Assembly: GCA_964016885.1 (NCBI GenBank)
Contig: OZ024742.1
Coordinates: 153,698,001-153,762,000, forward strand
Reading direction: 5' to 3'
Length of the DNA: 64,000 bases
Source: Eledone cirrhosa
Taxonomy: Eukaryota
The translations under genes were made by a program, and so were the position numbers. Each line of letters begins with the position of its first letter. The stretch's first letter is position 1. This document shows, piece by piece, positions 43,397 to 59,602 of this stretch. The notes under the pieces were generated by a model. It had not been told where the DNA came from and did no database searches. It saw only the letters and a program-made list of their open reading frames with translations.

Positions 43397-44512
43397 ATGT
43401 ATGTGTGTGTGCGTGTGTGTGTGTTTGCATATGTGTGTGTGTGTGTGTACGCGTGTGTGTTTGAATGCGCGTTTTTGTGTGTGTTTGTGTGTTGGTGTTT
43501 GTAGGTTCCGGAGATGTTTTGGAGGTAACAGAATTCTAGATATGTATTCAATACATCAGTACAGTGATCCGGCAGTCGGGTTTTGTGTCCTGCGTGAGCG
43601 GTGCAGAACAGTAGATGGTGGCTGTGTGTAGGTGGTGTACATATTATGAGGCACGCATGTATATGGGCGCAAACGCACACTGGTATATGTTTACACATAC
43701 ATACACTCATATCATTGTGTACACACTTGTGCCTGTGCGTATGTTAACCTGTGTCTTTGGCAGGGATGTATGCTTATGGATTGTATCGTGTGGTTGCATG
43801 CATTGATGTATGCTTGTGCGTGTACGTGTGTGTTTGTGTACGGAAGGGTTCGTGGTGGCTTTTCGTGTATAGTATGATCCGAGAGGCGTTTTCAATTCAA
43901 GATACATTTCCTTTCATGTTGCACAATACATAATACCTATTTCTATCAGCGGCTTGCCTTATCCCATAATGACGCATGAAAACCTGCGACTTCATTAGAT
44001 GTAATGAGCATAACATATTTAAGAGATTTATTTCAGTAATCCCTCCTTGTTTACTGCAAAATAAAAACAATGTAATGATTTGGAGGCACGTGCGAGTATG
44101 TTTGCCCATATATACCTGTTTATCTATGTATATATATATATTGGTAAAAGGAAAAGAAAATGCTGACAAATTGTTCCGAGAGAAAATTAGTTTAATTAGG
44201 AATAAGTAAAAATTAGTAATAGCATTGGTTAGTATTCAGTTTTGGTTTTAAGTTTTACCGGTTGCGCATTTCTAATGCTTTTCAAAAATAATTTTGATAT
44301 AGAGCGCCCGTGATGTTTGCTCTAATCTGATTAGTTTTGGAAATTCTACGTTTTATGTAAAAATAGTGGCTCCAGATGTATGAAAAAATTCCTGTGGTCA
44401 AAACAATTTTTATTGGTCGGTAGAGGTCATGTGAATGTTAAAAATTGATTTTGCGCCAAATGTAGGTTTGTCTCGGCTGATTGAGAAGTCACTGAAAAAC
44501 AAGTCTGTCAAG

Positions 44513-44581
<69 letters not shown>

Positions 44582-44583
<2 letters not shown>

Positions 44584-44890
44584 TTATACTTTGGGAGGGT
44601 CATGTAGGACAGAACAAAGGAGAGGCACAAAAACAAAGAAAAGAATCCCAGTCACTGAAGAGGTCACAGAATGTATGACGAAAGAATTTTGACAACTATC
44701 TGGTTCTGGAACCCAGCAACCAACCAGAAATTTATAAATTCCTAAATTTATAAATTTATTATAATAAATTGAAGTGAAAGCAACTGGTGCGTCTGTTTAT
44801 TATTGGCAACATGACCCTCCCAAAGTATAACAATATCGGTTTCAACACACGATTTCAGATAAAGAATCTTGCTAAACAAATTCAGAAACG

Positions 44891-44894
<4 letters not shown>
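44582..44894 (+). mobile_element. Family B pLTR with a short inverted head and a hammerhead (44651-44693)
   Basis: Head GTTATACTTTGGGAGGGTCATG is the reverse complement of 44810-44831; fixed 3' end CAGAAACGAAAT; (TA)n on both sides. Confidence 0.85.
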
Positions 44895-44985
<91 letters not shown>

Positions 44986-45009
44986 TGTGTGTGTGTGTAT
45001 GTGTATAGA

Positions 45010-45157
45010 GAGAGAGAATGAATAATAAAACAGGTCGACATCATAAAAAGGTAATTTATTCAGAGTACTTACAAATGTTTCAACAGTAGTTACACAACCT
45101 AGTCATGATAGATGTGGAGAAAGAGGGAGATAGACAGAGGGCGAGAGAGAGAGAGAT

Positions 45158-45226
<69 letters not shown>

Positions 45227-46830
45227 AGATAAAAGCTAAGAGAAGGGGAAGGAAAGGCGGTATACACCGAGTTCGTAGTTGTTGTTTGCTGGTCGCACCT
45301 AAGTATTATTATGATAAGCGAGGTACTGGCTTGTAGTGTGTGTGTGTGTGGTGGAAATATAGTTAGGAAGTTGTTATTGAGTGAAATTAGTTACCGAGAA
45401 AGGGGTGCAGTAGTTTAGAGTTCATATGTTAAGTTATTTTATAGTGAGCAAATTTAGCTTTCAGTTTGTGGTTGCAGTATAACGATCGTTCGATTCTGTC
45501 ATTTAGTAAGTTGTTTTTAGATTTGAAGATATAAAAGAGTTCGAGATTGCATAATCTGCAGTACTTCAATCCACACCGATATGCATTAGTGCTGGTAATT
45601 TATCCCATTTCAAGGTGAACTGCCGGTTATATTCACGGAGTTGCCAGGTCTTATTGGCGAACGTGGTTACAAAACGGTGTTCAAGATGTTTAATCGAAAA
45701 TCGAAGACTATACCAGTGAGGTTTAAAGGAGGTAGTGGTAGATCCAATGTAATACCGTTTCTGGTCGTTTGATTCGACAGTGCATTGATAAAAAATGTTG
45801 GACTCTAGGCATTCTTCAATGGGCATCTTTCGGGTAGGTGGCAGTTGTAGTTTTTGTTATGGGTAACAGCAGTACAATGGATAGGCTGGGATAACAGTTC
45901 AGCTGGGTTGTGTAATACCCGTCTCCCATTTGGTGTTTGGGAGGCTGATATTACGTTATGCCCATCTGTTTCTAAAATATTTTGTTTTGTAGTGTTGCTT
46001 AATAATTGCTTTAAGTTAATTTTTTTTTTAAGGTTTGGTGCAGTCGAGTATGATAGCTTAACAGACTTAGAGTTTAGCATTTTACTTAATTTATGGGAAT
46101 TAGGGAAATGCTTGTTAATTAACTTAAAGAATGAAGGAGATAGTTTCGTACTAATCGAAGTATTAAAAATGGGATTATACGAGATATACTATCTACAACG
46201 TAATTTATTTGAGTTTGGTGATGATTCTCTATTATTAGTAGTATGTCTGGTGCTACTGCGTGTGTGCGCTTGTATTTCCGTACCCCGGTTACATATTCTT
46301 CGATTTCGTGCGTTGCTATGTGTGCTATTGAGATTCTTATCAATGTATTCTATTTTATCCCGGTGGTCTGCATTCCTTAATGCGTTATTATAGTATTCCG
46401 CATGTTCACTGAAAATGTGAGAGTTAGACGAGAGGCGAGAGATTCTGAGAAAAATATTAAGAGGAACCGATTTGATCATGGAAATTGGGTGATTCGAGTC
46501 AAAATTTATATAGGTAAGGTTCTCGTTTAATTTGTGGAAGGGTCGTATCAGTCCTGTATTCAAATAAAAAGTTGTCTAGAAAGTTTACTACTTTAAGATT
46601 GTGTTCGTACGTTATTTTCAGACCCAGTTCGCTAAAATATTTCCTAATGTTTTTCCATTGCCTTTCAAGATTTTGGTTATTTAAATGATTAACTAATAAA
46701 AGCGCGTCGTCTCTCTATAATCCTCCCTGTAGATTATTAAATTTTCCATGTAGTATGTGGGCTATGTAAATTCCTACATGATCTGTAACCACCGCTGAAT
46801 CATTGGAGCCGATGGTGATGTCGAAGTTAG
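45010..46830 (-). mobile_element. Degenerate PLE related to the 24580-25782 family (RT through GIY-YIG)
   Basis: FDITIGSNDSAVVTDHVGIY..GGL*RDD; RPFHKLNENLTYINFDSNHP; KLSYSTAPN; IFYQCTVE..RYYIGST. An inverted copy of its 3' end (45015-45100) lies at ~47015-47100. Confidence 0.85.
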
Positions 46831-47264
46831 TGGGTCTGTCCTTACGCTCCCAGTCCTTTCTCTCTTCCTTTTCTCCTCTAATTTCCCCAATAACTCCCTT
46901 TAAGAAATACAAAGGAATTTGCACTTTAGCCATTTGCTCTGAACACACGGTAGGATAAACAGCATTTGAAAATTGAATATCTGCAAATACATAACTACCA
47001 ATTTGTACATAGCATTAGGCTGTGAACTGCTGTAGAAACATTTGTAAGCACTCGGAATAAATTACCTTTTCATGATATCTACGTGTTTTGTTATTCATTC
47101 TTTATTTACACTCTCGAATACAGATGAATCGGAAACAGAGTTTCTTTAACTATTATTTCATAAGTCGTTGAGTAACCCTCACCGTACGTCGACACTATCT
47201 AGTGTAGTTATTAACCATTACTGCATTCAGGATAATCCTAAGCATTTCTTGCATAACCTAATAT

Positions 47265-47299
<35 letters not shown>

Positions 47300-47489
47300 G
47301 GAACCAGTAAGACCCCGACAGCTGAGCTCAAGCCGTTTCAACGGCTAATTCTGGACTCTATTACCCACTCTACTACCTCAAGTATTGAGTACTTTGGTGC
47401 GTTATGGTCCACCTGGTTCCTTACCACATTTCCTTCGTTATATATATATATATATATATATATACAGGTCTCCCTGTATATTTAAGAAC

Positions 47490-48342
47490 CCTGGACCTCC
47501 CTGTATAGATGAGAAATGCATAATCTGTAAATTAAGCCCCAATATTAACTGTAAAACTAGAAAAATAGTAAATAACATAAGATGTACTGAAGGATAATGT
47601 AAATATAAAAATATAGTGTACATAGTGAGACAGCTCGTAGTGTAGTAGAACGGTTAAATGAACACTGGTGAGAGCTTCAAGATAGAAAATAATCATCAAT
47701 ACTCCCCAACATGCTAACATCGAACATAAGGGAAAATTAGAGAACATAGAAATAAAAATAAAATCTACACACAGAAAAGACGCAATGTTTAGACAAATCA
47801 CAATAAACATAAATGAACTCCAACCAAAATTAAATAGAAAACATGAATGGAATAGCAACATCACAACTTATAATTAAGGACAAAATGAAAACACACACAC
47901 ACATAGAACAAACAACCAACCGGTAACATATACATAAATAATTAAACAAATAAAAACACACACAGACACCCAGATGTAACCCATGCGCAAACTAAGCACA
48001 CTCCACACACAAAAACAAGATGGCGTAGGACAGAACAAAGGAGAGGCACAAAACAAATAAAATAATCCCAGTCACTGAAGAGGTAACATAATGTGTTAAG
48101 AAAGAACTTTGACAATATATGAACAACCGTCCGGTTGTGGAACCAACCAACCAACCAACCGGAAATTTATAAATTTTTTGAAAACATCTTTTGAAAAATG
48201 TTTTTAATTTATAATATTTTGTAGTGAAAGAAACTGGTGCGTGTGTTTCTTATTGGCAACATGACCCTCCCAAAGTATAACAATATCGGTTTCAACACAC
48301 GTTTTCAGATAGAGAATCTTGCTAAAAAAATTCAGAAACGAA

Positions 48343-48344
<2 letters not shown>
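47490..48344 (+). mobile_element. Family B PLE 3' fragment (GIY-YIG remnant, pLTR, hammerhead 48071-48113)
   Basis: PCIDEKCIICKLSPNINCKTRKIV..IRC; homologous to 1605-2430. Confidence 0.85.
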
Positions 48345-48375
<31 letters not shown>

Positions 48376-49276
48376 ATAGTGCCTTTTGTATATATGGAAA
48401 TATATCAAAGTTGTCTCAACATGTGCATTTGCACTTACTGGCTTCTAAGAAATTACTTCAACAAAAGCAGTCAAGGCAATTACATTTGGCTCAGGAAGCA
48501 GCCATGTTGAAACCTAGCAATATTCACAGCAGAAGATAACATCAACAACAACAGCACCATCGTCGACAACAATAAGAAAATATGTAAATATGTACACAGA
48601 ATAATATATACATGTATGAATATACCAATAAGTAAATATATTCTAGTTTTACGAAACAATTTTATTTTTTACGTCAATCATTATTTTTGCTTCATTCCAT
48701 TATAGCTACTTGAGATATCACGGAGAGATCAAGGATTTTCACATTTTCCCTTGGGCCGTAAAGTACTTAAGTTTTGATACGTATAAATCCAATCATTTAT
48801 TCAATTGAATGTTCTTTGAATATGTGGAGAAAAAAATAGTGTCTAATAGATACGAAGTATCTTTGATGTGTTTGGGCGAAGGAGAAAGGAAATAGATGGC
48901 TCTTTACAAACATTATATCTGTTATCCTTATGAACATTCCCCTCACCATCAATATCATGACCATCCTAATCTTATTCGTGGTCATCTTCCTTGCTACTGT
49001 TGTTGAGTTTAGAAACTATTGTACGATGTTTTATAATTAATTGATCGTATTTAGTAAGTGGGATGTTGTAGATCCGTTTCAATACACACACACACACACA
49101 CACGCACGCACAAACACATATATATATATATATGTATATGTGTGTGTGTATGTGTGAGTGTGTGTGTGTTTGTGTGTTTAGTGGGTGTAATGTAAGTTTG
49201 TATGTAGATACCTATGTAGTTTGCTTCAATGTATATATATATATATATATATATATACACTCACACAGACACACAG

Positions 49277-49389
<113 letters not shown>

Positions 49390-49669
49390 CACGTATAAAT
49401 ATGTATATATACATACACGCGTATACATACATATATATATATACACATAATATGTGTGTGTATGTATATCTGTGCATACAGGTATATATATATAGCTGCT
49501 CAGGAAAACTAATTCAAACGCAAGTGAAAATTCATCTATAGCGCGAGGGCAGTTCCTGTTTACATATTTTATGAATATAAATGCAGCTTTACACGATGTA
49601 AATAAATAAATGAATAAATATATTTATACAGATATATTTATATATACATATATATATATACATATATAC

Positions 49670-49745
<76 letters not shown>

Positions 49746-49750
<5 letters not shown>

Positions 49751-50063
49751 AGAAAAAAAGAAAATCAGTGTTTCGACGATTGGAATTTATTGGACCTATT
49801 AAAATCGTTTCTCTGGAGACCAGGAAAATCTGCCTCGTAGAATCAAGACGTATCTGAGGGGCTTGCTATTTTCAGATTCAGTTTCGATCATCACATCGAG
49901 TGTGCCTCGAACTGGTCGCCAGAGAAGCGATTGTAATATATCCAATAAATTCCATTCGTTGAAACACTGATCTCTTTTATTCTGTGATATCATACTCTGC
50001 TCTACGAGAGCATCGAGTGCTCATACGGCCTACCGCATACCTACGCTTTAAGCATCCAACACC

Positions 50064-50070
<7 letters not shown>
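49746..50070. mobile_element. Fold-back element family D with a degenerate long-stem-II hammerhead (49847-49942)
   Basis: 49746-49823 is inverted against ~49912-49990; homologous to 60281-60539. Confidence 0.8.
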
Positions 50071-50160
<90 letters not shown>

Positions 50161-50165
50161 CATAT

Positions 50166-51331
<1,166 letters not shown>

Positions 51332-51337
<6 letters not shown>

Positions 51338-51572
51338 ATTAAATAAATGGAAACTATATTTATAAAACCATATTTTTTTCATTATATATATTTCAGGGAT
51401 AACATATTAACAATATGTTATCCCTGAAATATATATAATGAAATAAATATGGTTTTATAAATATAGTTTCCATTTATTTAATATTGTAAATATACTCCAA
51501 ATATTTGTCGAGTGCTTTTATATCAGTTATAAATATTTACTAGTTGTAACACAACAATTTAAATATAACTTT

Positions 51573-51575
<3 letters not shown>
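51332..51575. mobile_element. Short fold-back pLTR element
   Basis: Arms 51332-51408 and 51412-51488 with loop AAC, followed by a tail to (TA)n; + arm reads ..CCCT-GAAA-TATATA-TA-ATGAAATA (3' half of a family F-like hammerhead). Confidence 0.85.
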
Positions 51576-51649
<74 letters not shown>

Positions 51650-52099
51650 TATATATATATATATATATATAAATTAGAGAATAACCAAAGCTATGTTCAA
51701 CAAATTTAATTGCTGACAATCCTCTCCGACAAACTGTTGTTTGGAATCATCAGAGCAGTAGCAATGTGTTTACATATAATTACCCTCCTATTCAACTGAA
51801 CAATTATATAGATACATGGATATTAATGTCAAAAACAGTTTCGTATTTACATGGTGGAATGGATGCGACATAGATTACAAGAGAATTGTACAATAATTAA
51901 AATTAAAAATTAAAAATTAAGAATTAAAAAGGTACTGATTGGATTGCATGCGACAGAGAGTATAAGGAAATAGTATAACAATTAAAGAGCCATTAAGGCA
52001 GAAACGTGGTCACTAGCAGTACATATGCAAGCGTAAATTACTAACCTTTCCTGTATATAGTTGTATATAGTTTATACATAAATAATATTATTATATTAG

Positions 52100-53235
<1,136 letters not shown>

Positions 53236-53555
53236 AATGTTAAACAAGGTTCAATGAATAAATCAAAGAATAAAGATTACAATAGATTTATTTATCTCTC
53301 TCTGCCTTTCACTTCTTCTTTCTTCTATAATTTAAATTATTTGAATCTCTAACTATTATGTAAGTTTCTATTATATTAATAGTTGTTTATTATTATGTAT
53401 CTTTATAAGCTTTCTCAAATGCACCCTCTATAGTATATGTAATTTATTCATGTCTCAATCTTAAGGTATATAAATATTGAGTTTTCTCATATCTTATTCA
53501 CTGCCATGACTGAATTTTAACCATCTACTTAGTCACGGTATGTCATGCATCATCT

Positions 53556-53622
53556 TATTTTATCTAATGAGGACGTACTGTTGAAGATAACTCAGTAACT
53601 CTGAAATATGTATAATAAAATA
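53556..53622 (+). ncRNA. Hammerhead ribozyme (family F, core mutated to CTAATGA)
   Basis: TATTTTAT-CTAATGA-gGAcgTACTG...CAGTAacTCt-GAAA-TATGTA-TA-ATAAAATA. Confidence 0.6.
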
Positions 53623-53999
53623 TTCTTGATCACACGAATGTCTATTTTTGTTAATATTTTGAATTAATATATATATATATATATATATATGGAAGGCGTT
53701 ATTTTTAAACAGACAACATGTAAACAGGAACTTCGCGTTATATAGACATTTTTAGTTGCGTTTGAATTGATTTTCCTGAGTTGTTTTTCTTTGTTCCTCT
53801 TATCTCTAGACGAGATGACGCACCTCTAAATGTCCTAACCTATTGTGTAATGTGAATCGATTATTACCTGTTATTATACTTCAGATTAGATATGTTCAAA
53901 TGTGATGCAAAGTTTTCTTGTGTGTGTGTGTGTGTGTAGATATATATATTAGTGAATGTGTGCGAATATATATATATGTATATATATATACGCACACAT

Positions 54000-54031
<32 letters not shown>

Positions 54032-54050
54032 CTCACACATATTTATATAA

Positions 54051-54435
54051 GAGAGAAATAGGATTTCGCTTCAAGCTTAGCTTTATACAATATGTATAAA
54101 TATGTATAAATATTTCGTATCTCCAAAGAAATACTGTTTTAAGAAGCCGTAGCTATGCAAACACCAGGGGGCTAACACCCTCTGGTGATATCCAGAAGAA
54201 GCAAGGGGGACAACCATCTATGCATTTCAGGCTTAACTGACCTTCGTGACGAAGGCCTGTTAAGCCTGAAATGCATAGATGGTTGTCCCCCTTGCTTCTT
54301 CTGGACATCAACAGAGGGTGTTAGCCCCCTGGTGTTTGCATAGCTACGGCTTCATAAAACAGTATTTCTTTGGGGATACGAAGTATTTATACATATTGTA
54401 TAAAGCTATGCTTGAAACGACATCCTATTTCTCTC
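54051..54435. mobile_element. Fold-back element with its apex on a hammerhead core
   Basis: Apex CCTTCGT-G-ACGAAGG at 54248; + arm reads (g)TGACGA-AGGC ctgttaa GCCT-GAAA-TGCA-TA. Confidence 0.9.
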
Positions 54436-54564
54436 ATATATATATCTATATTTATATATGGTATGAACTTCATAGCCATTCCTCAAAGAGAAGTAACATG
54501 TATATAGCGGCGTCTCTATGACCTATGCTGTATTAGGCGTTGTTATATGAGTTTTATACGTAAT

Positions 54565-54597
<33 letters not shown>

Positions 54598-54640
54598 AAT
54601 AAATAAAAAGGAAAGAGTGACAGAGAGGGAGAGAGAAAAA

Positions 54641-54679
<39 letters not shown>

Positions 54680-54682
54680 GAG

Positions 54683-54794
<112 letters not shown>

Positions 54795-57249
54795 AGAGAG
54801 AGAGAGAGCTCCTTCGGATTCGAATGCCAAGGTGTTTTCTGGAAGACCACCAGTCACCTATGCATAACGGCTCTACGTCACTAATGGAAAGGGATATCTG
54901 ATGCAGCTTGTCACAACACTGACATCATAAACCGAAGTAACGTGGAATATTGTGCCCTGCTCAATGTCACAACACACCACCCGGTCCTGAATCGTGGTGA
55001 GTACGGCTAGAGCCCTAACATGAGCAAACCAAAACAGAAAACGGGTCAATGAGGATGGGGTTGCTCTGGCAGGAGTGAAAATGCCCTGGATTGAATATGT
55101 ATATATAACTGACCCCAGTTAAATATAAATTAATTCTACAGGATTATAAATGTTTCCTTTGTATGAAATCATCTGGAAAGACGTGATGACTTCACTCGAA
55201 TGAACCAGTTCTATTCCTGTAGAACTTATTTTCATAATATATATACTTGTATTGGTGCTCCGACAAAGCGATATAAATATGAGTGTACGTGTTGTATATT
55301 TGATACTATACGGGATGTTTATGAAAAATATATCGAATGCCTTTCGTTCAGAAAAATGAGGATTTACATGTTCTAAGTTTGCATTACTGTGTTTGAGACA
55401 AATTTAGATTAGGAAACGTTATAGATTATCAAATCAGTGGGAGTGTTTAAAAATTGAAAATTTGAAAATGGAAGTTTCTCAGACACAGACACTAATTATA
55501 ATAGTAGCGGATCGCTACTAATATCGATAATAATTGAGAAAATGAGGGTAATTATCCATAGAGACGTAAACATATATTATAATTAATATTTTCACTTGTC
55601 AGTTCAATTGTCTTTATTTCTTGGCGGCTTGTTATATGATTATCATAAATGCAGCTTTCTAGTTGTCTTGTAAAAAGCATGACTATTGCGTTTTCTATTA
55701 TCTACATAACATTATCAAGCTTTTCTCGTAGCCAAAGTCAATAAATCTTGTTCATATGAAATATTGTCTATCGTTCGATTATAAGATATTTGCTACACAT
55801 CAGATAAAATTAGAAGTTATGATCATACCTCATTAGCGGGATAATTTAGTTAGACACATTTTACATTATCCTTATATCTTAGTTAACCGTTGTTGACCAG
55901 GCGAAAGATAAGCTCATAATAACACAGTTTAATATCATTTTAGAAAAACATATCAATGTTTACTCGGAACCAATATATTCTCAAACAATATGTATGTATC
56001 GTCATCCACTTGCGTATTACTCATTAATATATATATTTTTTAATGTATGGACTCTTAACTGCTGATGGAGTCGTAAGGTCACCATAGAGGCATACAATAT
56101 ATCTTAGTAATTTTAAACTCATGGCATTCCGCCACAGTTTTGCACACAGCCTATTTCCTGAAGTAGGAAACTGATGTTATTTCCGTCTCTCACTCGCATG
56201 TATGTTCAGGTCCTTGTATATTGAATACTTCTGTGCTGACTGATTTTTTCTAGCAAGATACCACGAGAAAATAACCCTACAATTGAGAGAGAGACTTGTT
56301 ATGTAAAATGTACACCTACCTTTCATAATAGGAAAAATAAAATATTGGACAGAAGGGTTCATGGATTGTATTGGAATGTTCACAGAACGAGGGGGAATAG
56401 TAATGTCATCCCCTGCGACAAATATAAGAATGATAATTCACTTTTACATGAAGGCTGTATTCATAGCAGGTGGAATGGTTTCAAAATAAACGTTGTGCAA
56501 ATGTCTGGTGCGAATACACTGGTCTGTTTAAGATTATTAATTTTCTGTGAGTTTGTAATTTTGGTTGTAGGTATTACTAGCTTGCTGTATGTTGTGGAAT
56601 ATATATATATTATATTATCTGGTTACGAAAAGCAGCGTACTATTTAAACGAACAATACTTTAGTTTGATTGTGATTTTAGTTTATTTCTGCGTGGTGATA
56701 TATAAGATGGTATATGTATTGGAGACTAGTCAAATAAGTTTACGTTTTACCAGGTGAGATGTAGTCATGTGTATGGTGTACTGGACGGATTTTCGGAAAA
56801 AATACGTATGTTAAAACATAAATAATTTATTATTTCAAATGTATAGAAATGATAGCTTATGTTTTGAAGAGAGACAGTGTTAATTTGAAAATAATTATAA
56901 AAACTTATTATACGGCAGGTGAAACATCGTTAGAAGTATGTGTGTATTTAATCAACATTACTAACGGTAATATACAGAACATTTCATATATAGAATTACA
57001 TATATATTTTCAGAAACATACAGATATACATTCATACTTATATACAAAGCTCTCGACTGCGAGCGGGTAGCGGTAGGAGCTCAGCCATCCCGCGTTAATT
57101 TATTAGAAAACCTACACAAATTTCCTAAGAATCGGGTATACGATGAACAAAGATCTGACTACCTAAACTGGTAAGTCTCATTCTCTCTCTATCTAACACT
57201 CTCTCTCTTTCTCTCTCGCTCTTTCCTCCTCTCCCTCTCCCTCCCTCTT

Positions 57250-57302
<53 letters not shown>

Positions 57303-57311
<9 letters not shown>

Positions 57312-59017
57312 TAGAGATCTGGGACTTGTCTATTTCTACTCACTTTCCGTTGCTTAAACCTTTTTGTTGTTACTCTAGCGTCCCCCTTTATTTACGTGTC
57401 CCAACGACTTTTTTTAGCCGTTGTTCGCACCAACCTGAGGCATATGGCCCTTAAAGCGATGAAATCGGTTGGAGGGTCACTGATGAAGGACTCACTTTTT
57501 CATATGTATCCCATTTGCAACGCCGCAGCTCCATTATTATCATCATATTTACACATATAACTTTTCCATGCTGCTTTCGTCTGTTTCGTTCCTTGTATCT
57601 TTACCACTTCTAGCAGTCTCCCTCTCTGTTACTCTCTCCTCAACTTTCACTCACTCATTCTCTGTCACTACCTCTCCTCCTCCTCCTTCCTCCTCCTCCT
57701 TCAAGTTTGACCTGTGTGTAATTCTTTTCTCGCGCAGTCTTGACCGAGCTGGTATGGAATTTTTTTCTCTCTCTCTTTCGTCTGCGACTTCACAAAACTT
57801 GCGTTTACCGAATTCGTAGACCAGACCCCCTTATCTTCTTCTTCTTCTTCTTCTTCTTCTTCTTCTTCTTCTTCTTCTTCTTCTTCTTCTTCTTCCTCTT
57901 CTCTCCTTTTTTCTTTCTCTCTCTCTCTCTTTTCCCCCCCGTCAAACATGGGCGAAATTCTTTCCTTGCTCACATTTCAACCAGGTCTGATGGTCTTTCG
58001 TCTCTTGTTCACGATTTCACAGAGTTTATATTCATAGAGATCTGGGACTTGTCTATTTCTACTCACTTTCTGTTGCTTAAACCTGTTTGTTGTTACTCTA
58101 GCGTCCCCCTTTATTTACGTGTCCCAACGACTTTTTTTAGCCGTTGTTCGCACCAACCTGAGGCATATGGCCCTTAAAGCGATGAAATGCCGAGGACGGT
58201 TGGAGGGTCACTGATGAAGGACTCACTTTTTCATATGTATCCCATTTGCAACGCCGCAGCTCCATTATTATCATCATATTTACACATATAACTTTTCCAT
58301 GCTGCTTTCGTCTGTTTCGTTCCTTGTATCTTTACCACTTCTAGCAGTCTCCCTCTCTGTTACTCTCTCCTCAACTTTCACTCACTCATTCTCTGTCACT
58401 ACCTCTCCTCCTCCTCCTTCCTCCTCCTCCTTCAAGTTTGACCTGTGTGTAATTCTTTTCTCGCGCAGTCTTGACCGAGCTGGTATGGAATTTTTTTCTC
58501 TCTCTCTTTCGTCTGCGACTTCACAAAACTTGCGTTTACCGAATTCGTAGACCAGACCCCCTTATCTTCTTCTTCTTCTTCTTCTTCTTCTTCTTCTTCT
58601 TCTTCTTCTTCTTCTTCTTCTTCTTCTTCTTCTTCTTCTTCTTCTTCTTCTTCTTCTTCTTCTTCTTCTTCTTCTTCTTCCTCTTCTCTCCTTTTTCTTT
58701 CTCTCTCTCTCTCTCTCTTCCCCCCCCCCGTCAAACTTGGGCGAAATTCTTTCCTTGCTCACATTTCAACCAGGTCTGATGGTCTTTCGTCTATTGTTCA
58801 CGATTTCACAGAGTTTATATTCATAGAGATCTGGGACTTGTCTATTTCTACTCACTTTCCGTTGCTTAAACCCTTTTGTTGTTACTCTAGCGTCCCCCTT
58901 TATTTACGTGTCCCAACGACTTTTTTTAACCGTTGTTCGCACCAACCTGAGGCATATGGCCCTTAAAGCGATGAAATGCCGAGGACGGTTGGAGGGTCAC
59001 TGATGAAGGACTCACTT

Positions 59018-59022
<5 letters not shown>
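57303..59022 (+). repeat. Young tandem repeat, ~2.3 units of ~730-790 bp, with internal (TTC)n, flanked by (TA)n
   Basis: Units start ATATTCATAGAGATCTGGG at ~57305, 58028 and 58817; the duplicated ORFs 57568-57819 and 58299-58550 are identical. Confidence 0.92.
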
Positions 59023-59089
<67 letters not shown>

Positions 59090-59213
59090 AAATCTACCAA
59101 AATATACGGTAGTATCCAATCCGTATGAAGAACTCAATTTAATCCTAATATCATGAAAAGAGAAGTTGTATTCAAAAATTTTCGATGAAAATCATAGGAA
59201 AAACAGAGTCAAG

Positions 59214-59588
59214 ATGAATTAATAAAAACAATGAAATAAAAACAGAACAGGTTCCTTATATTAAAAAATTCATCGTTTGAAGATCGTTTCTAGGATGTAT
59301 GTGTGTGGTGGTATTTATATCCTATAGATCTATGTAAAATATTACAAATTATCAGAGGAAATATACATAACTTATCATATACATGCTGTCTTCAGAAAGG
59401 ATTTCTGAAGACGGCATGTATATGTGAAGGTATGTATATTTCCTCTGATAATTTGTAATATTTTACATAGATCTATAGGATATACATACCAACACACATA
59501 TACATCCTAGAAACGATCGTAAAATGATGAATTTTTTAATATAAGGAACTTGTTCTTTGATTTTATTTCATTAATTTTATTAATTTAT
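59214..59588. mobile_element. Fold-back element with long-stem-II hammerheads at 59276-59398 (-) and 59401-59525 (+)
   Basis: Apex CAGAAA-gga-TTTCTG; ATTT-CTGAAGA-[98 nt hairpin]-GAAA-CGATCG-TA-AAAT. Confidence 0.9.
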
Positions 59589-59602
59589 ATATATATATAT
59601 AT

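Noticed and set aside
43440-44512. Possible additional minus-strand retroelement (shares ATCTCCGGAACCTACAA with 40408-40425)
   Set aside because: It is repeat-like, but no diagnostic protein or ribozyme motif was recognised.
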